A DNA stretch of 64,000 nucleotides from Lingula anatina (lineage: Eukaryota > Animalia > Brachiopoda): positions 11,900,587 to 11,964,586 of the forward strand of contig CM120648.1 of NCBI GenBank assembly GCA_051362555.1, written 5' to 3'. Within the stretch, counting starts at the first letter, position 1, and every line of letters starts with the position of its first letter. A program made the position numbers and the translations under genes. This document shows, one piece after another, positions 14,021-28,357 of the stretch. Below the pieces are notes generated by a model, which made no database searches, was not told the DNA's origin, and worked only from the letters and a program-made list of their open reading frames with translations.

Positions 14021-15814
14021 CATAGACGATTTCGAATTTTTGGAATCGGAGGATTATTATGCATTTTTGAATGTTGACCGAGAGGTAAACTGCCCCAAAC
14101 ACCATTTCTGTTTAGAGCACTATTTAATTTAATATAGATATTTATTTTGAATACTGCCAGCGTTCGCATAGCTCGTTTAAGTGCTATTGTAATAAGCACC
14201 CAGTATTTCGTTAGCGTAAACCCGTGAACCCCAGTCCAACGTGCTTTATGAAAACAAAGCTATGTTTACTGATGGCAAAAGGCTTGCTTGCGAACTTTTG
14301 GTCTAAATGAACCGAAGACTTTCTTTTTTGTATGTACACCTATTCTGTGCACTTTGTAAAGTGTAGCGTATGTATTTCGCATCTGTTTCTTTGATCATAT
14401 GTTGACTTATGTGTTCAGAAATGGGAAACGCTCACGTATGTCGGACTTTTGGGACGTTGTCATTTGTCGAACTTTGAATGGAAAGGAAAATTATGTGGGG
14501 GCTCTCTGAGGTGCTTATCTTTTCTGAGTGGTTTGAAACATTTAAGTTATAGATTCTTTAGTGTAAATTTTGAAAATATATGGTGGCATTTGATCAGATT
14601 TTTGGCAAAAAGGTTACTTCATATGAATCTTTAAAGTCAGGAGGTAATAGATTGGACTAATTTTGTTTACATTTTACCTTCTGTATATCATAATCAACAT
14701 TACAGTGATTTTTGGTTTCAACAGAACTCCAAGGTTTACATAAAACTCTAATATCCCACATTTGAATACAATTTTCTACTAAGTTCGCAGTATAAGCATC
14801 CTCTTTGTGATGTACGAACCAAACATTGAGTTTATTCGGTCATTTAAACATCCACTTCATGCTATTGTGTGATATTCAACTGAAGTACAGTTCTCTTTAG
14901 AATCTGTTCATAGTGCATAATATTGAAATCTGTTGACTAGATGGGCATTTGTATTTGTTAAGTTATACAGTGCACACAAGATTTAATATTTTAATAAGAT
15001 AATAAAAATAATAATTTAATAAATAAATGAGTGAGAGGGATACATATCACTGGGAACTTCAACTAACTTTTATCATCAAGGTATATCTTTACCAAAACTG
15101 TTAATCAAATCTGTGATTTTACTTGTGTGACTTTGAAACCATTTTGAAAAGTTTCATAAAGGAATGCAGTATATGAATATTAAATTGCTATAATTTCATT
15201 GTTCAGTTTTAGTTTTAGAGTTTTGGATGGATTTTTACCTACTTTGGCAGTTTAACCAGGAACAGGCTGATGAAAGAATACAGCATATGACTTCTAAGTT
15301 CTTATATATAAGATATATTACATATATGTAATAACACTGTTCCAGGTCACCTTTGAAGAAAAGCAGTATTAGTATGTGAGTTTATGTGTATAATTTCAAT
15401 GTTTCAGGCCACCCCAGAACAGATCAGCAACAGTTTCCGTCGCCTGAGTAAACTGTTCCATCCTGACAAGCATGCAGACAAAGATGCTAAGGCCAGTGCC
15501 CTAGAACTCTTCAATAAACTACAGGAAATATATGAAGGTGTGTCAGCATACCAATGCTAGCACTGGCTCAGCATCAAGTGCCAGTGAAATTTAAGTCAAT
15601 TTGTGGTATTTATTAATTTGTTCTGTTACTAGCCACAATATCAGACTTATGCCAGAAGAGGTCTGGTTTCTAAAAGTAATGATAGGCCAAAAATTGACCT
15701 TAACTTAAAGTCAGGTTCTTGGCATTGCAGACAGACATATTATATGTCTCTTCACTTAACACACCCTCAAGCTGTTTAACATGATAGTACTAGTTCATAA
15801 GTATGAGTAAATAT

Positions 15815-15853
<39 letters not shown>

Positions 15854-18800
15854 TTCATTCATTCAATTATTTATTTATTTATTTATTTGCAGTGCTCAGT
15901 GACCCACACAAGAGAGCCGTCTATGATACACTGGGAGTGAAAGGGCTAGAGACATATGGCAAAGAGGTGGGGTATTTATTTTTGACTGGATCGATTACTC
16001 ATCTGATCTTTGCTAGGGTACGAAGCATGGAACTTTGATTTGTAAAAAAAGGTTGCAGGGATGGGGGTTGTAAAGTACCGCATAATCCCTAATATGTCAC
16101 ACTGCTATGAACAAAAAAAGCTCATTTACATGATCATGAATAGACGGCAAATGTAACTGTACAGTGAAGACAGTGCTGTGTTTAGTGAGATTGTGTTAGA
16201 TGTACTCTGTAACAATGTAACATTTATCACTCCAGGTCGTGCTGCGTAGCCGGACTCCGCAGGAGATCCGTGAAGAGTACCAAAGACTGCTGCAGCTGGA
16301 GGAGGAGAGGCGCATGCAGAACAGTGTCAACCCAAAGGTAGGTCAAGGTCAATATTCATGTCAAGGTCAAGGTTAGGATTCATGCAGAACAATGTGAACC
16401 CAAAGGTAGGTCAAGGTCAAGTTATGCTTAAGTCATGGTTAGGATGCATAGTAAAGACAAAGTCATTATTCATAAAAAACAGTATGAACCCATTGAAAGG
16501 CGAAGGTCAGAATTTATGCCAAGGTCAAGGTCAGAGTTCATTCAGTGCAGTGTTAGCCCTAAGGTCATTGACCTTATTTCATTTCATATCATATGCATTG
16601 CTTCTCAAATTTACATGTGGCAAATAGAATAAAAAATAAATGTTTTTTCATTTGCCTCATTAAAATGTGATATAAGAAAGAATGAAGCTCACTTCTCAGA
16701 CTGCTTGGACTATGTGTTTTTTTAGGGATCCCTGAGGATACATATAGATGCAACCAACATATTTGAAGGTTACAGTGTGGATCCTGACGAGACGTAAGTA
16801 TGTTTTCTCCATTTCCTTATCTAACAAATATTCTCGTACTTGATGCACAAACACACAGTAAAACTACACAATCACAATTACCCATCTAAAATAATTGAAT
16901 GTCATTATTGCTTAACTGAGTGTTATTTTAGATTTTGGGGAGTAGAGAGGTTTATATGGCTATATAGAATAAATGCTTAGTAAATAATAAGCTGAATGTT
17001 TCAGTTGCTTTCAAAAAAAATTTCATTTAAGCGAGAGACCATGTTCCACCACATTCTCCTTTTTTTATTTAATCTTCATTCTTCTTCATATAAAGTTATT
17101 GTTTCCAGATTACTGCCCAAAATTGATATCAAGTCTATGTCCATTATGCAGTCTGTCGAGGCACCCATCACACACAATAATACCGTAGAGCTGCAGGGTA
17201 TGCTGGGAGTAGAAAATGGCTACGGAAATGGCTCCGTCAATGTTCTCTGGCGAAGACTTACAGGAATACATGGATGGTGGCAGGTAAGGGGATTGACGTA
17301 GCAGCAAACCCAGGCGCAAAATGTTCACCTGACCATGTGACAGTGTGTTAGGGTTACTTTGTTACATTTGGCACTGTGTTAGGGTGAATGTGTGTTAGAT
17401 GTGACAGTGTGTTAGATGTGACAGTGTGTTTGGTGTGACAGTGTGTTAGGTGTCATATTGTGTGTTGTACATTGTGCCATGTGGCAAACACAAAGAAGTT
17501 TTCTTATCAATGGGCCTCTTTGGAGCCCTATACTTTTATGGAATAATAATAAAAATGAAACTGGAAACTCAAAAACGTTAGAAAGTTAAAAATCGGCCTA
17601 TTAAATTTTATCAAAAAATGAGGTTTGTTATTTTTGTTATTTTTATACATTTGTATATATGTTTAAATGTTATTTTTATAGTGTAAATATAATCTTTTAT
17701 ATGCTTCATTTATTTATGTTTTATCTGCTTATTTTTACTAATGTGGTAAGGACCAAATATACCTTAAGAGATAAATCATTGAATAAATTTTGTTGGGTGA
17801 GACAAGAAGATTATATTGTCTATGTCAGCATTAGTAACTTTATACCTTAATGATGTTTGTTGCCTCTGTTCTAGTGCCAGTTAGCTGTAGGAAGTCCTCA
17901 GCCCTCTGCTTTCTCCCTCACCCACTTCAGAACACTGACCACACGATGGTGAGTACAAAGCACAGGTTAGGGTAGCCTGAAATCCATTCCTGTTGACAAT
18001 TCTGATAAATACTGGCTGTGTTGGCAAAGGTCTCTAAAAGTGTGTAATGAGGACCAGTTTTCACGCTCGACGCGGTGCGGGAGCTCTCAAATTTTTAACC
18101 TACCTCTGATCTCTTCAACTCCCACACTCCAGTAAACCCGTCCAGTATCCCCATCAATAGAGCTGTAAGTAAGGTAATATCCATCCGCTTGTTTACCAGT
18201 CAGATCATTGTGAAGTTATACTCGCCCCTCTGAGGGGAGAGTGGCCCTAACACAGGCATCTTTAGGGACGGATCCAGAAATATTTTCTGACAGTCTTCCA
18301 AATTATCTTTGTTGATCTATCCTCCTTTTTGATCATCTTTTGAAAAAAATTAAATACCCGCTAATGTAAAGTTGAAAGTCTGACCGTCTTCTGGAAGACC
18401 CAGAAGACAGCCTCAATCCGCCCCTGATCTTGTATTTTAGTGGCGCACAAGACAGGGAATAAGGCTACAGGTTTCGCTGTAACCTCTAATTCCCAATTTG
18501 AAACATTCTAATTAAATAGAAAAAAAAAGGGACAAGGGAAAAATTAGATTCTCAATTTGATATTGTTTGATGAATCAATTTTTGGAAAACGCTCATTTTG
18601 AATTTATCATTTTCATCATTTTGATTGGTTTTCATTTCAGTCACATGACAGCATCAGGAATAGTTCGAGTTCTTCCAAGGGGGTTAGATTTCAGTACAAA
18701 CTCAAGTAAGTCTGACTTTGTAGAGTTCACTTTAAGTTTTATAGTGCTAGCGTATGTCAGAGATACTATCACACCTTTTCAGGCCTGACAAACTCTTTGG

Positions 18801-21800
18801 AATAGGATTAGGATAATATTATAGTCTACTACTGTTAGACCTACTATTTAGTTGGCTATATCAAAAAGACACCTAGTGTTAAAAAGTACTAGATTTTGAA
18901 CTAGAACTTGATTTGTGAACCAGACTTGTGAGTATGGGTAAAATATTGGCTGCCAGAGAAATTGATGGCCACAGATACTGTTTCTTTTGAGATTTACTTT
19001 TTATTTGAATTATTTATTTTTTTGCCACCAGACACTGTTTCTTTTAAGATTTACTTTTTATTTGAAATATTTATTTTTTGCCAACAGACACATTTTATTT
19101 TAAGATTTTCTTTTTATTTGAAATATTTATTTTTCAGTGTTGTCCTATCAGCTGGACAGGTCACTGGTTGGCAGAATACATTTAAATATCAGACCATGGA
19201 GGCGGCATTTGTCTGTGATGAAAACTGAGCTTGTATGGCAAAACCCTAATAACCATCTAGAATTCTCTCTACAGGTATAAATAATCTTATTTTCTGTATG
19301 ATGTAATATTTGGCAGAGTTCTAGTGTCTTTTAGGGCCAGTCTCATTTTTTTTTTCTTTTTTTTTCAAAATTTATATTTTTGTATGCATGTTGCATCTAA
19401 ACTTCAGACTTACGTACTAATTAAAAATGACTGTCACAGTAACTTAAATAAGACTTATTATTTGATTACTGTTATATTTTTTTCTTCATTTTTGCAAAAT
19501 ATTTTCTGTTGTCTTTTTATTTGTTTGCAACTTCCAGGGGTTTTATAATCATTTATATTTTACAAATAAGTTAGTTAAAGATGATTATGATAATAAAGAT
19601 AATAATTATTATTATTTATAATTATATTTTATCCATCTTCAGCTAAGCATGTCAAACACCAATATAGCCTGTGTATATGTTAGGAAATTCCTGGAAGATG
19701 ATGCCAAATTCAAAGTAGTAGCAAGGTGGGTGTGGCATTAAACCAGTTTTAGAACCATTCTATATTTTATATACTTTGCATTGTGATTCACTGGAGGAGT
19801 CAAGATATCAGGAATTTATGTATTTATTTATATATTAATTTATTCAGATTTTTTTAAGTTTAGGTCATGGTTTAATTCTAAAATTTTACTTTTTATTTAT
19901 GTATAGATTTATTTTTATTATTTAGCTGTTTTGTATTTACTCTGTTTATTTTCATTGCTATTTCATTAAATTATTATTCCAGATAATTAAAGTTTGCCAA
20001 AGAAAATTAGCAAGTGTAATGTGTATGTTGAATGAAATTTGGTATATTTCAGGTTAGGTGTATAGTCTAGTATAGATGAGTATAGTTGACAGCCAAAAAA
20101 TTAGCAAGTATAGTGTATATGTGGATAGTTTATTGCAGGATGGGTGTATACTCCAGTAAATTTGAGTAAATTTGAAAGCTGAGAAGAGTAGCAAATAAAC
20201 TGTATATGTTGTATGATATGCTTCAGCTTAGGTGCATATTTCAGTATAATGAAACCCAAGAAGATTAGCAAATATATTGTAAATGCAGTATGGTATATTT
20301 CAGGCTAGGTGTTTACTCCAGTATATTTGAGTATGGCATAGCCAAGAAGATCAGCAAATACAGTGTGTTGGAGGCATATGTGTCTGTAGGAGTGCCATCT
20401 GGAGTTATGCTCAAAATCAAGTGAGTTTTGTTGCAGTTGTGTCACACCCAACACACTGTCACACGTAACACACTGTCACACGTAACACACTGTCACACCT
20501 AACACACTGTCACATCTAACACACTGTCACACCTAACACACTGTCACACCTAACACACTGTCACATCTAACACACTGTCACATCTAACACACTGTCACAC
20601 GTAACACACTGTCACATCTAACACACTGTCACACGTAACACACTGTCACATCTAACACACTGTCACATCTAACACAGTCACACGTAACACACTGTCACAC
20701 CTAACACACTGTTGTTTTACACACAATGTAAGTATTAAGGGAAACGTTAATGATAATGATATTTATTTAAATCTAAAATGTATTACTGATGTTGAGTAGA
20801 CTGAATGGCTTTGCACGAAAGCAATGTTACACAATGCCATTCTTAAGGCAATGTCCAATAACTGACATCTCGTACTTAACACAAACATACTGTCATGTCT
20901 GACACACTGTCATGCCTACCGTACCGTCACATACGACGCATTGTCACATCTTACACTCTGTCATATCAAATATATGTTGCATATAAACAGTGGCCTATTT
21001 ACACATAGCACATTAAATTACAATATAAAGTGGCACATGTGACACAATGTCAAAATTTAGGAAGTCCCATCTAGGAAAAAAAAAATAATTTTATAACTAA
21101 CAACATACTTGTCAGTCACTATGATAAAAGTGGATCACAATCATCATCAATGCACATCTGTATATTTTAAATTTTTATTCAGTTGTTTGTATTTACGTAT
21201 AAGTATATAATAAACTCACCAGAGAATAATTTGAATTAATTTATTTCCAGACTCCACCGAGGTAACCAAGACTTTCACTTCCCCATCCAGCTGTCTGATG
21301 AAATTCTTCCCAAAGCTATCTTCTACGGCACAGTGGTGCCCCTGGTGACTTACTTTGTGGTGAAGAAATTGATAGTGGACCCATTTGTACAGAAGGAAAA
21401 GGAAGAGTGAGTAGAAATTATACACAAAGCATGGATACTAGGCATGAAAGCTTTGACCTTGAAATGTGGGTCAAGGTTACTGATTTACATGAAAAAGTAG
21501 GCCAAGGTGACCTATTTATGAACTCATCTGTGAGCCCTAATGAGAGAGTTGGGTGCTGGTGGTCTTTTTTTGGTGATGGCTAATGTCCTTAATGTAGCCT
21601 TCCTCTGTATTCAGAATATTCATTCTTGAAATTATTATGAATCAGTATGGTGAAACGTAATACTCCATTCCTTTTTCTTTCCCTCTTTCTCTCATGTTGC
21701 ATTTTTAATATAATAATTATTATATTTAATGTTCTTACAGGGACACAGACAAGAAAAAAGAAAAATATGCAGATTTAATTGCTGAGAAGAGAAGACAGGC

Positions 21801-22027
21801 ACAGAGTGCTGTAAGGATCCAAACTCCAATAGTTATTAATTAATTAAAACCATTTTTAGTTAATAGAAAAGTGTTAGATAGATTTAAATGAGATTTGGAC
21901 AAATTGAAAGATTGAAAATGATATGAAAAAAAAATTGGACAATCTTTATGAAGGTAGATGTTGATATTAGGTGTACATAAAAGATGGTATTTTCTCAATT
22001 TTTTAATTATTTATTTTTATCTATTTG

Positions 22028-22058
<31 letters not shown>

Positions 22059-23616
22059 TTTCAGGTGGAGTTGATGAAGGAGACAGTTGAGAGGATACGT
22101 GAGGAAGAAGAAAGAAAGGGTGGCCTGATCATAGTGAGGGCTGTCTACGGGAAGATTATCTCCACCGATTCTGGGTAACAGACAGCAGCTTTATCTTTGA
22201 AATTTAGAACTGGAAAACAGTTAACAGATTGTAGTTTTCTCTTGTAAAAAATGCACTGTTTTACAAATACGTAATATTGCACAATGAATTGAAACTGGAA
22301 AATAAAATTTATAAATGACCTAAGTACAACAACATATATTACCTGCAAAGAGTTTCTTTTTAAGGATTTATGAAAATGAGCAAGGGGCATTTTCATATAG
22401 TATCTTTTCAGTGATTTATATTTTAAGTATTAGTGTAAAACAAAAAAAAAAAGAGAGAGAGAGAACAACCCTTTATGCTAATCCTAAAATGGATTCCATT
22501 GCAGTGACTTCAATGAAAGCCAGTGTATAGATGCTAACATCCCGCTGCAGGTCATGGTGAAAAACTCGTCTCTCATTTTGCCAGAAACAAAGTCAAAGGT
22601 AATTCTCACAGTTGAGCGCTATATGTAAGGTTTAAATTTTGAAATTACAAAAAATGAAATTATCCACATCCTGCAGTGTTAAAATGTGTAGGATTTGACA
22701 TTTTCTTACTCAGCAAATTTTATTATTTTTATATTTCTGAATCATTGAAAACATTTATGATAAAAAGCTGAATATCTGATAGAGTCATAGCATATTGAAA
22801 ATTTAATTCTTTTGTTATATTTAGTTATATTTCCTTTCTCTATTGATAATGAGTACCAAGATGTGACCCTGGCCATCCAGCAAGTAGTTTGTTTATACCT
22901 ATTTTATCAACATCACGACTACATCTCTAAAAGCAACTTCCACATGCACCAGAACTTTTACCCATTAGAAACACATATTTTTAATGAGTACAATTGATTT
23001 TCTTTTTTTGTTTTGTTTTATTTTATTTGATTAAGTTATTTTATCATCAGATCATATTGGATTTACCTATATAAGTATAGATATGACAGTAAGTTATTAT
23101 TATTATTATTTTTAGAGTGAAATTCCTGGCTTTTATGACCCATGCATGGGAGAGGAAAAACATTTGTATATCAGATACAAATTTCAGAGAAAACTGCATG
23201 ACGTTACAATAGCAGATAAAGAACCTATCAGGCTTCCTCTTGCAAGTGAGTATGGCTGGATTTAGAAGCAGGAATGTCATTTGCCAGATTTTCTGAATCG
23301 AGTTCTGGCCCAAAAACAACCCACATTACACTATGTTATAGCATAGAAAAATTTTGACAAAGGCAAAACATATTATAATAGGCTATGGGAATATGTAAAA
23401 TGTGTTTCAATTTAAAATTTTGCCGAACCCATAATACGTTTACGAAAGTTTTGATTTGACTGAAAACGCACATTTATTTAGCTTACAGAAATGGTATCCC
23501 AAAGTGAGAAGCCAGCAGCCACTGGCATTTAATTTTGAAACCTGTACATTTGCAGTAAACTTTAAATTTATATTTCAGAACACATTATCAGAAATAATGC
23601 CAGTGAAAATAGCTGA
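14010..23616 (+). CDS. DNAJC11: DnaJ homolog subfamily C member 11 (mitochondrial MIB/SAM-associated J-protein), 17 exons, 565 aa
   Basis: Exons: 14010-14084, 15408-15537, 15893-15966, 16236-16337, 16726-16793, 17109-17283, 17875-17948, 18641-18705, 19138-19274, 19643-19725, 20304-20420, 21251-21406, 21741-21810, 22065-22174, 22505-22598, 23116-23245, 23579-23616. All are GT-AG and phase-consistent (1698 nt). J-domain DYYAFLNV...LFHPDKH...LSDPHKRAVYD; family motifs RTPQEIREEY, GLIIVRAVYGK, IPLQVMVKNSSLIL, PGFYDPCMGEEKHL. Confidence 0.96.
17335..17485. repeat. 19-bp minisatellite (gtgacagtgtgttagatgt)n in DNAJC11 intron 6
   Basis: Tandem units that are the reverse complement of the array at 20440-20715. 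Confidence 0.75.
18263..18426. mobile_element. MITE with (C/T)AGGG(G/A)CGGAT...ATCCGCCCCTG TIRs and 5-bp TSD ATCTT
   Basis: TSD ATCTT at 18258-18262 and 18427-18431. Same family as 40175-40342. Confidence 0.8.
20440..20715. repeat. 19-bp minisatellite (acacactgtcacatctaac-type), ~14 copies, immediately after DNAJC11 exon 11 donor
   Basis: Clear tandem array, with a degenerate extension to ~20960. Confidence 0.9.
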
Positions 23617-23674
23617 TGCACAGAAGAAATAGAGTCACAGCAACATCATCTACCATCGAGTCACTTTCAACAGA

Positions 23675-23737
<63 letters not shown>

Positions 23738-24996
23738 GCAGAATGCCATTGCTCTGCATTAGAAACAATTTTAATTTGTAGAAATGCAATTTATGATAGT
23801 TGGAAGTATTACGTTTAATATAAAGTACTGCCTCTATAAATATGCTTGCAGGTGTGCATAATCTTTTTTTTTTTTCCTAAATAAATTGATTATTATTTGA
23901 TGAAAGAACTGTTTTTGAGGAAAATTTTAAATAAGCAACAATGTACTTTTAGATTAGCTGTTGTTCTAGAATGGAGATGTGCCAGTCTCTTCATTTTGTA
24001 TTTGGCATTCTACATTGCAACTTGCACAGATAGAAATTGAAATTTGAAAAGGACAAAGCAGGCATGCATGGTAACTGAAATTTAGGAAAATGAAATGTGT
24101 AGAGAGATAGTGAAGAAATTATCACCAGAACATCATTTTTGGTGTAAAAAAAAAATACAAGGTGCTTTGTATGTCACAGACATATTTGTTCAACTTTTCA
24201 GTTTATCTTTATCTGGCATATACATTATTACAAAGTAAAAAAATTATAGGAGGGGGAGGGGATTGCTTAAATATTAGTTTTATCTTGTCAGATATGGGGC
24301 ATTTTGCAATACTGAGGGTCTCGGAGTCACTCCTCTTCCATTATTTGGTAACAAATGGGGTGGAGGGGCAGATTCCCCCATTACTAAGGTGGGTGGGTGT
24401 GCGTTCTCTTCCTGAATCCCCTGTATCCATTGGTGAATTCAGGGTTATGTTGGGGGGGGGGGGAGCACAAAGAAAGCGTCCATCAGCAAATGCTGATTTA
24501 AGAGAATAGGCAAAGGAATAAGTAGATCATACAGATGGAAGATTGTTTGGTTTTGTCTGTATACTCTGTTTGATGGGGGAAGGACAGAGTGAGATCCCCT
24601 AGACGAAGAGTGTGTGTGTTGGGGGGAGGAGGAGGGGGTCTCTTAGTTCACCATTGTTTGCGAGTATATCTGTTTATGATATTACATGACAATGTACTGA
24701 AACAAAACAAATACAATGATATGTGATTTACTAAACCAAAACTGTTCTACAACTGCTGTAATGGTTGATTTATGCAGATTTTATTTGTAATATTTCTTTT
24801 CTTTTTCTGCCTGTACATATCGTGAATGAAGTTATTTGCAGGATGATGATGTGTGTGTGTGTGTATTGTATTTGAGAAAAATATTTATAGCATGTGGAAC
24901 AAACAAGTTTGTTATGAATAAATTGCTGTAGAATGCAAAAATACTGCTGTTTTGTTTGAAAACGAAAGCACAACATGTGCTTTAAGCAGATGTTAA

Positions 24997-25239
24997 AGGG
25001 ATAACAATTGTTCATATAAGATCAATAATTCAGAATAAATACATTGTAAAGAACTTGTAGAAATACAATGGATAAAAAAATCTATTTTGCCACCAAAACA
25101 GCAGTTGTCACAATTATTCTGGAATCTGTGCTGTACTTACCAACCAACTACATGGACCTTCATAGATGGATTTAAGTATAGAAAATTGTGGTTTACCCCA
25201 GGAAATCCATTTATGGCAAAACAAACAGTTTTCATCCCT
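24997..25239 (+). mobile_element. Kolobok-like MITE, internally deleted copy
   Basis: TTAA-AGGGATAA...ATCCCT-TTAA; internal similarity to the 27438 copy. Confidence 0.65.
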
Positions 25240-25259
25240 TTAAGAAAAATTTGCATATT

Positions 25260-25299
<40 letters not shown>

Positions 25300-25657
25300 A
25301 AAATAGCATTCACACTTGAGAGAATGAAAAAAAAAACATTATTCATTAAATTATTCAAGCAACAATAATTCTGATATATTATTTTAAAACGACTTTACAT
25401 AATTTCCATGCTGCTTTTTAAAGAACCAAAATGAAAAATAAATAGATGATATTTTTTTAAAATAGAGAAATTAATTCAAACAATGTCGTTGTCAGCCACT
25501 GATCGGATAAACCAGATATGTGTTATATCGGTGTGTAGTTGGTTTGTAACACTCTTTTGCGTTTGGAGATTGAAACATAAGGAGCAACAACATTAATTAC
25601 AAAATTTTGCAGTGAGAAGTCAGATTTGCATGGAACTTTTGGTTTATACGAATCAGG

Positions 25658-26222
25658 ATGCAGACAGCAAATCCATGGAAGAAACCGTATGTCTGCGGGT
25701 TATGTGGACACCAATTTGTGCATTTGCTAAATTTAGGTAAGTGCACTACTGGATTAATCTCTCTCTCTCTCACCAGAAAATAGAAATGTACTTGGAGAGC
25801 ACAGGTTGGGAAAGATTTTTTCCACTGAGCTCCCCATGATATTTAATATTGCATGTTACATATGCTTAATTTCATTTTTACTTCTGAAATGCCCAATCAA
25901 TTCAGAGTAGAAGTGGCCAAAATAAATAAATCTAAAAATAATAACAACAACAACAACAACAATAATAATAATAATAATAATAAAGGAAGAAAATATCCCA
26001 GAAGAGTCAGTCTTGTTTACCTTGTTACAATCATTCTAAAGCAAAGTCATTTGAAAACATAATGGGGATAGTACTACTGGTAGCAGATATGTGATTAACA
26101 ACAGCCTTCATCCCACAAAGAATTGTATCATCTGCGTTATGCTCTCAGAGTTACAGAGATAGTTTCTCCAAACAAACAAAAAGTGAGATGGTGGAATATT
26201 AAAGTGCATTAAGGGGAATTGT

Positions 26223-26275
<53 letters not shown>

Positions 26276-28324
26276 ATCCAAATCACTACTTTTTCATAAT
26301 TTTTTTTCTCTAATGGTTTAGGATTAACAAAAGTCAAATCAACTGTATTTTTTAACCAGTTTAAGTAAATTTTAGCATTTGGCTAAATTGGCAAGTGTTA
26401 ATGCTACATCAGGCAATTTAATGTGAGTTTAGCTGTTATTATTGTAACCATCCATTTAGTACATATATTGTGACCTTAGAATTTTTACTTTTGTCTTCTT
26501 TGTTTTATGGAAGTTCATTGTATATTTGCTCTTCTTTCAACAATGAAAGTACACTGCCATTTTGCTGTGTAAAATTTGAACACCAGAAATGTTTTGTTTT
26601 CAGGACTCCATGTGCGCACACTGCACCTCAACAAAGAGAGTACCTTCAAACCAAGACAGAGCAAAAGATATCCCAAAGATATTAAAAAGAGTGTTACCAG
26701 TGGTGCCTGCAAAACCAGTAAAGATAAACAAAACTATCGGGAAACAGAATCAGTACGCATGGACAGGGAGAAAGAAATTCACCTGGAACAATCAAGAGTG
26801 CTTGATACAAAAACTGATGAACTAATAACTCCTCAAACAAGGAGAAAAAGCAAAAGAATAGCATCACGGAAGATGACACAGAAAGACAAACATTACACAT
26901 CGCGGAACATGACACAGAGGGATGGACTTGGACATCATTTAACCAGGGATGTAAAAAAGAAAACTGCTCATCAAAACAAGAATGATAATCAGGATGTGTC
27001 TGATTTTGAATCATCAACAACGCCGGACAGATTTGAAGAAGAGTATTCTGGGATCTCAGTTTTACTGTATCCTGGGAAAGAAACTGCCACGCCCCCTTCA
27101 CACCCTGAGGATCCCAGTGTCCAAACCCAGGGACTCGGTGTTCTTCACCCTGGGGATGGAGGAGAACATCACACAGAGTCCAGCTCTGACTCAGGAGGGA
27201 CGGATCAGTTCTTTTTGAGGCTGCCAAACGGCAAACGCTTCCTCATCCAGAAAGAAATGGAAAGTACCGTTTTCAAGGAGGTGGACTCTTCTGCAGAGGA
27301 GGGAGAAAAAGAGAATGTGTTAACGAGTTCAATGGTGACCTGTAATATTTGTCAGAAGACTTACACGGGTATATATTATATGAATTTGCTTTTATAATAT
27401 AATAGTAAAGTATTTTATGACATTTTGTATATATTAAAGGGATAATAGCTCTTCGTATGAAATCTACATTTCACAATAAAAACATTGTGAATAACTCACA
27501 GAAATATAATATATTCTGTTTTACCACAAAAAACGGCAGTTATAGCTATTATTCTGATATCTGAGCTTGTCTTTAGACCACGTGACCTCCATTGATGGCC
27601 ATACTCTGTTAAAATCTCTTAAGAGATTTTAACAAAAAACCAAACTTTTTAGAAAAAAACCAGGGACTAACTTTGAATGTAAAAATGGATTCATTAACCA
27701 TTGGTAAGTATGGGAAAATTGTTGTTTACTCCAGGAAAATTCATTTTTTGGCCGAAAAGAAGAGTTACTATTCCTTTAATTTATTATCTTCTTATAACTT
27801 ATACACAATGATTGGCAATAATGAAAATACAAGACAGTGGGAATGATTGTTTTCATTATCAAATAGAATTACAAAATATCATATCTGATATCATGATTAC
27901 TCTTCTGGCATAGAACAAATTGATTCAATTTAGTTTGTGCCATAAACTAATTTTTTTATTTACAGCCAGGAGCATAAAGTCGCACAAATGCCGTGAGATC
28001 TGTGAACGCTGCGGTCGAGTCTTCCCACACATGAAAGCTCTTCGAAACCACCAGGCGTATGGTAATAACTGCGCTGACAGGGTGCTCCCCCTGGTGTGTG
28101 ACTTGTGCGGCTATGTTGCTAGCAATAGACACAGGTGGAAGGAACATGTCCAACAGCTGCATTCAGGTACGGTCAGGTTTACGGTAATGAATCTTATCTT
28201 TTCGATGGGCAAAAATTATCAAACTTTCAGATGCATAATTCTATAATAACAAAAATTAAACTTCTATATAATATTTTTTGCAGTTTTACTGCATAGAATA
28301 GAACTGTAGAGTAGTCTGCTTTTT

Positions 28325-28357
<33 letters not shown>

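Noticed and set aside
26694-27227. 177-aa antisense ORF
   Set aside because: Antisense shadow of zinc-finger exon 2.
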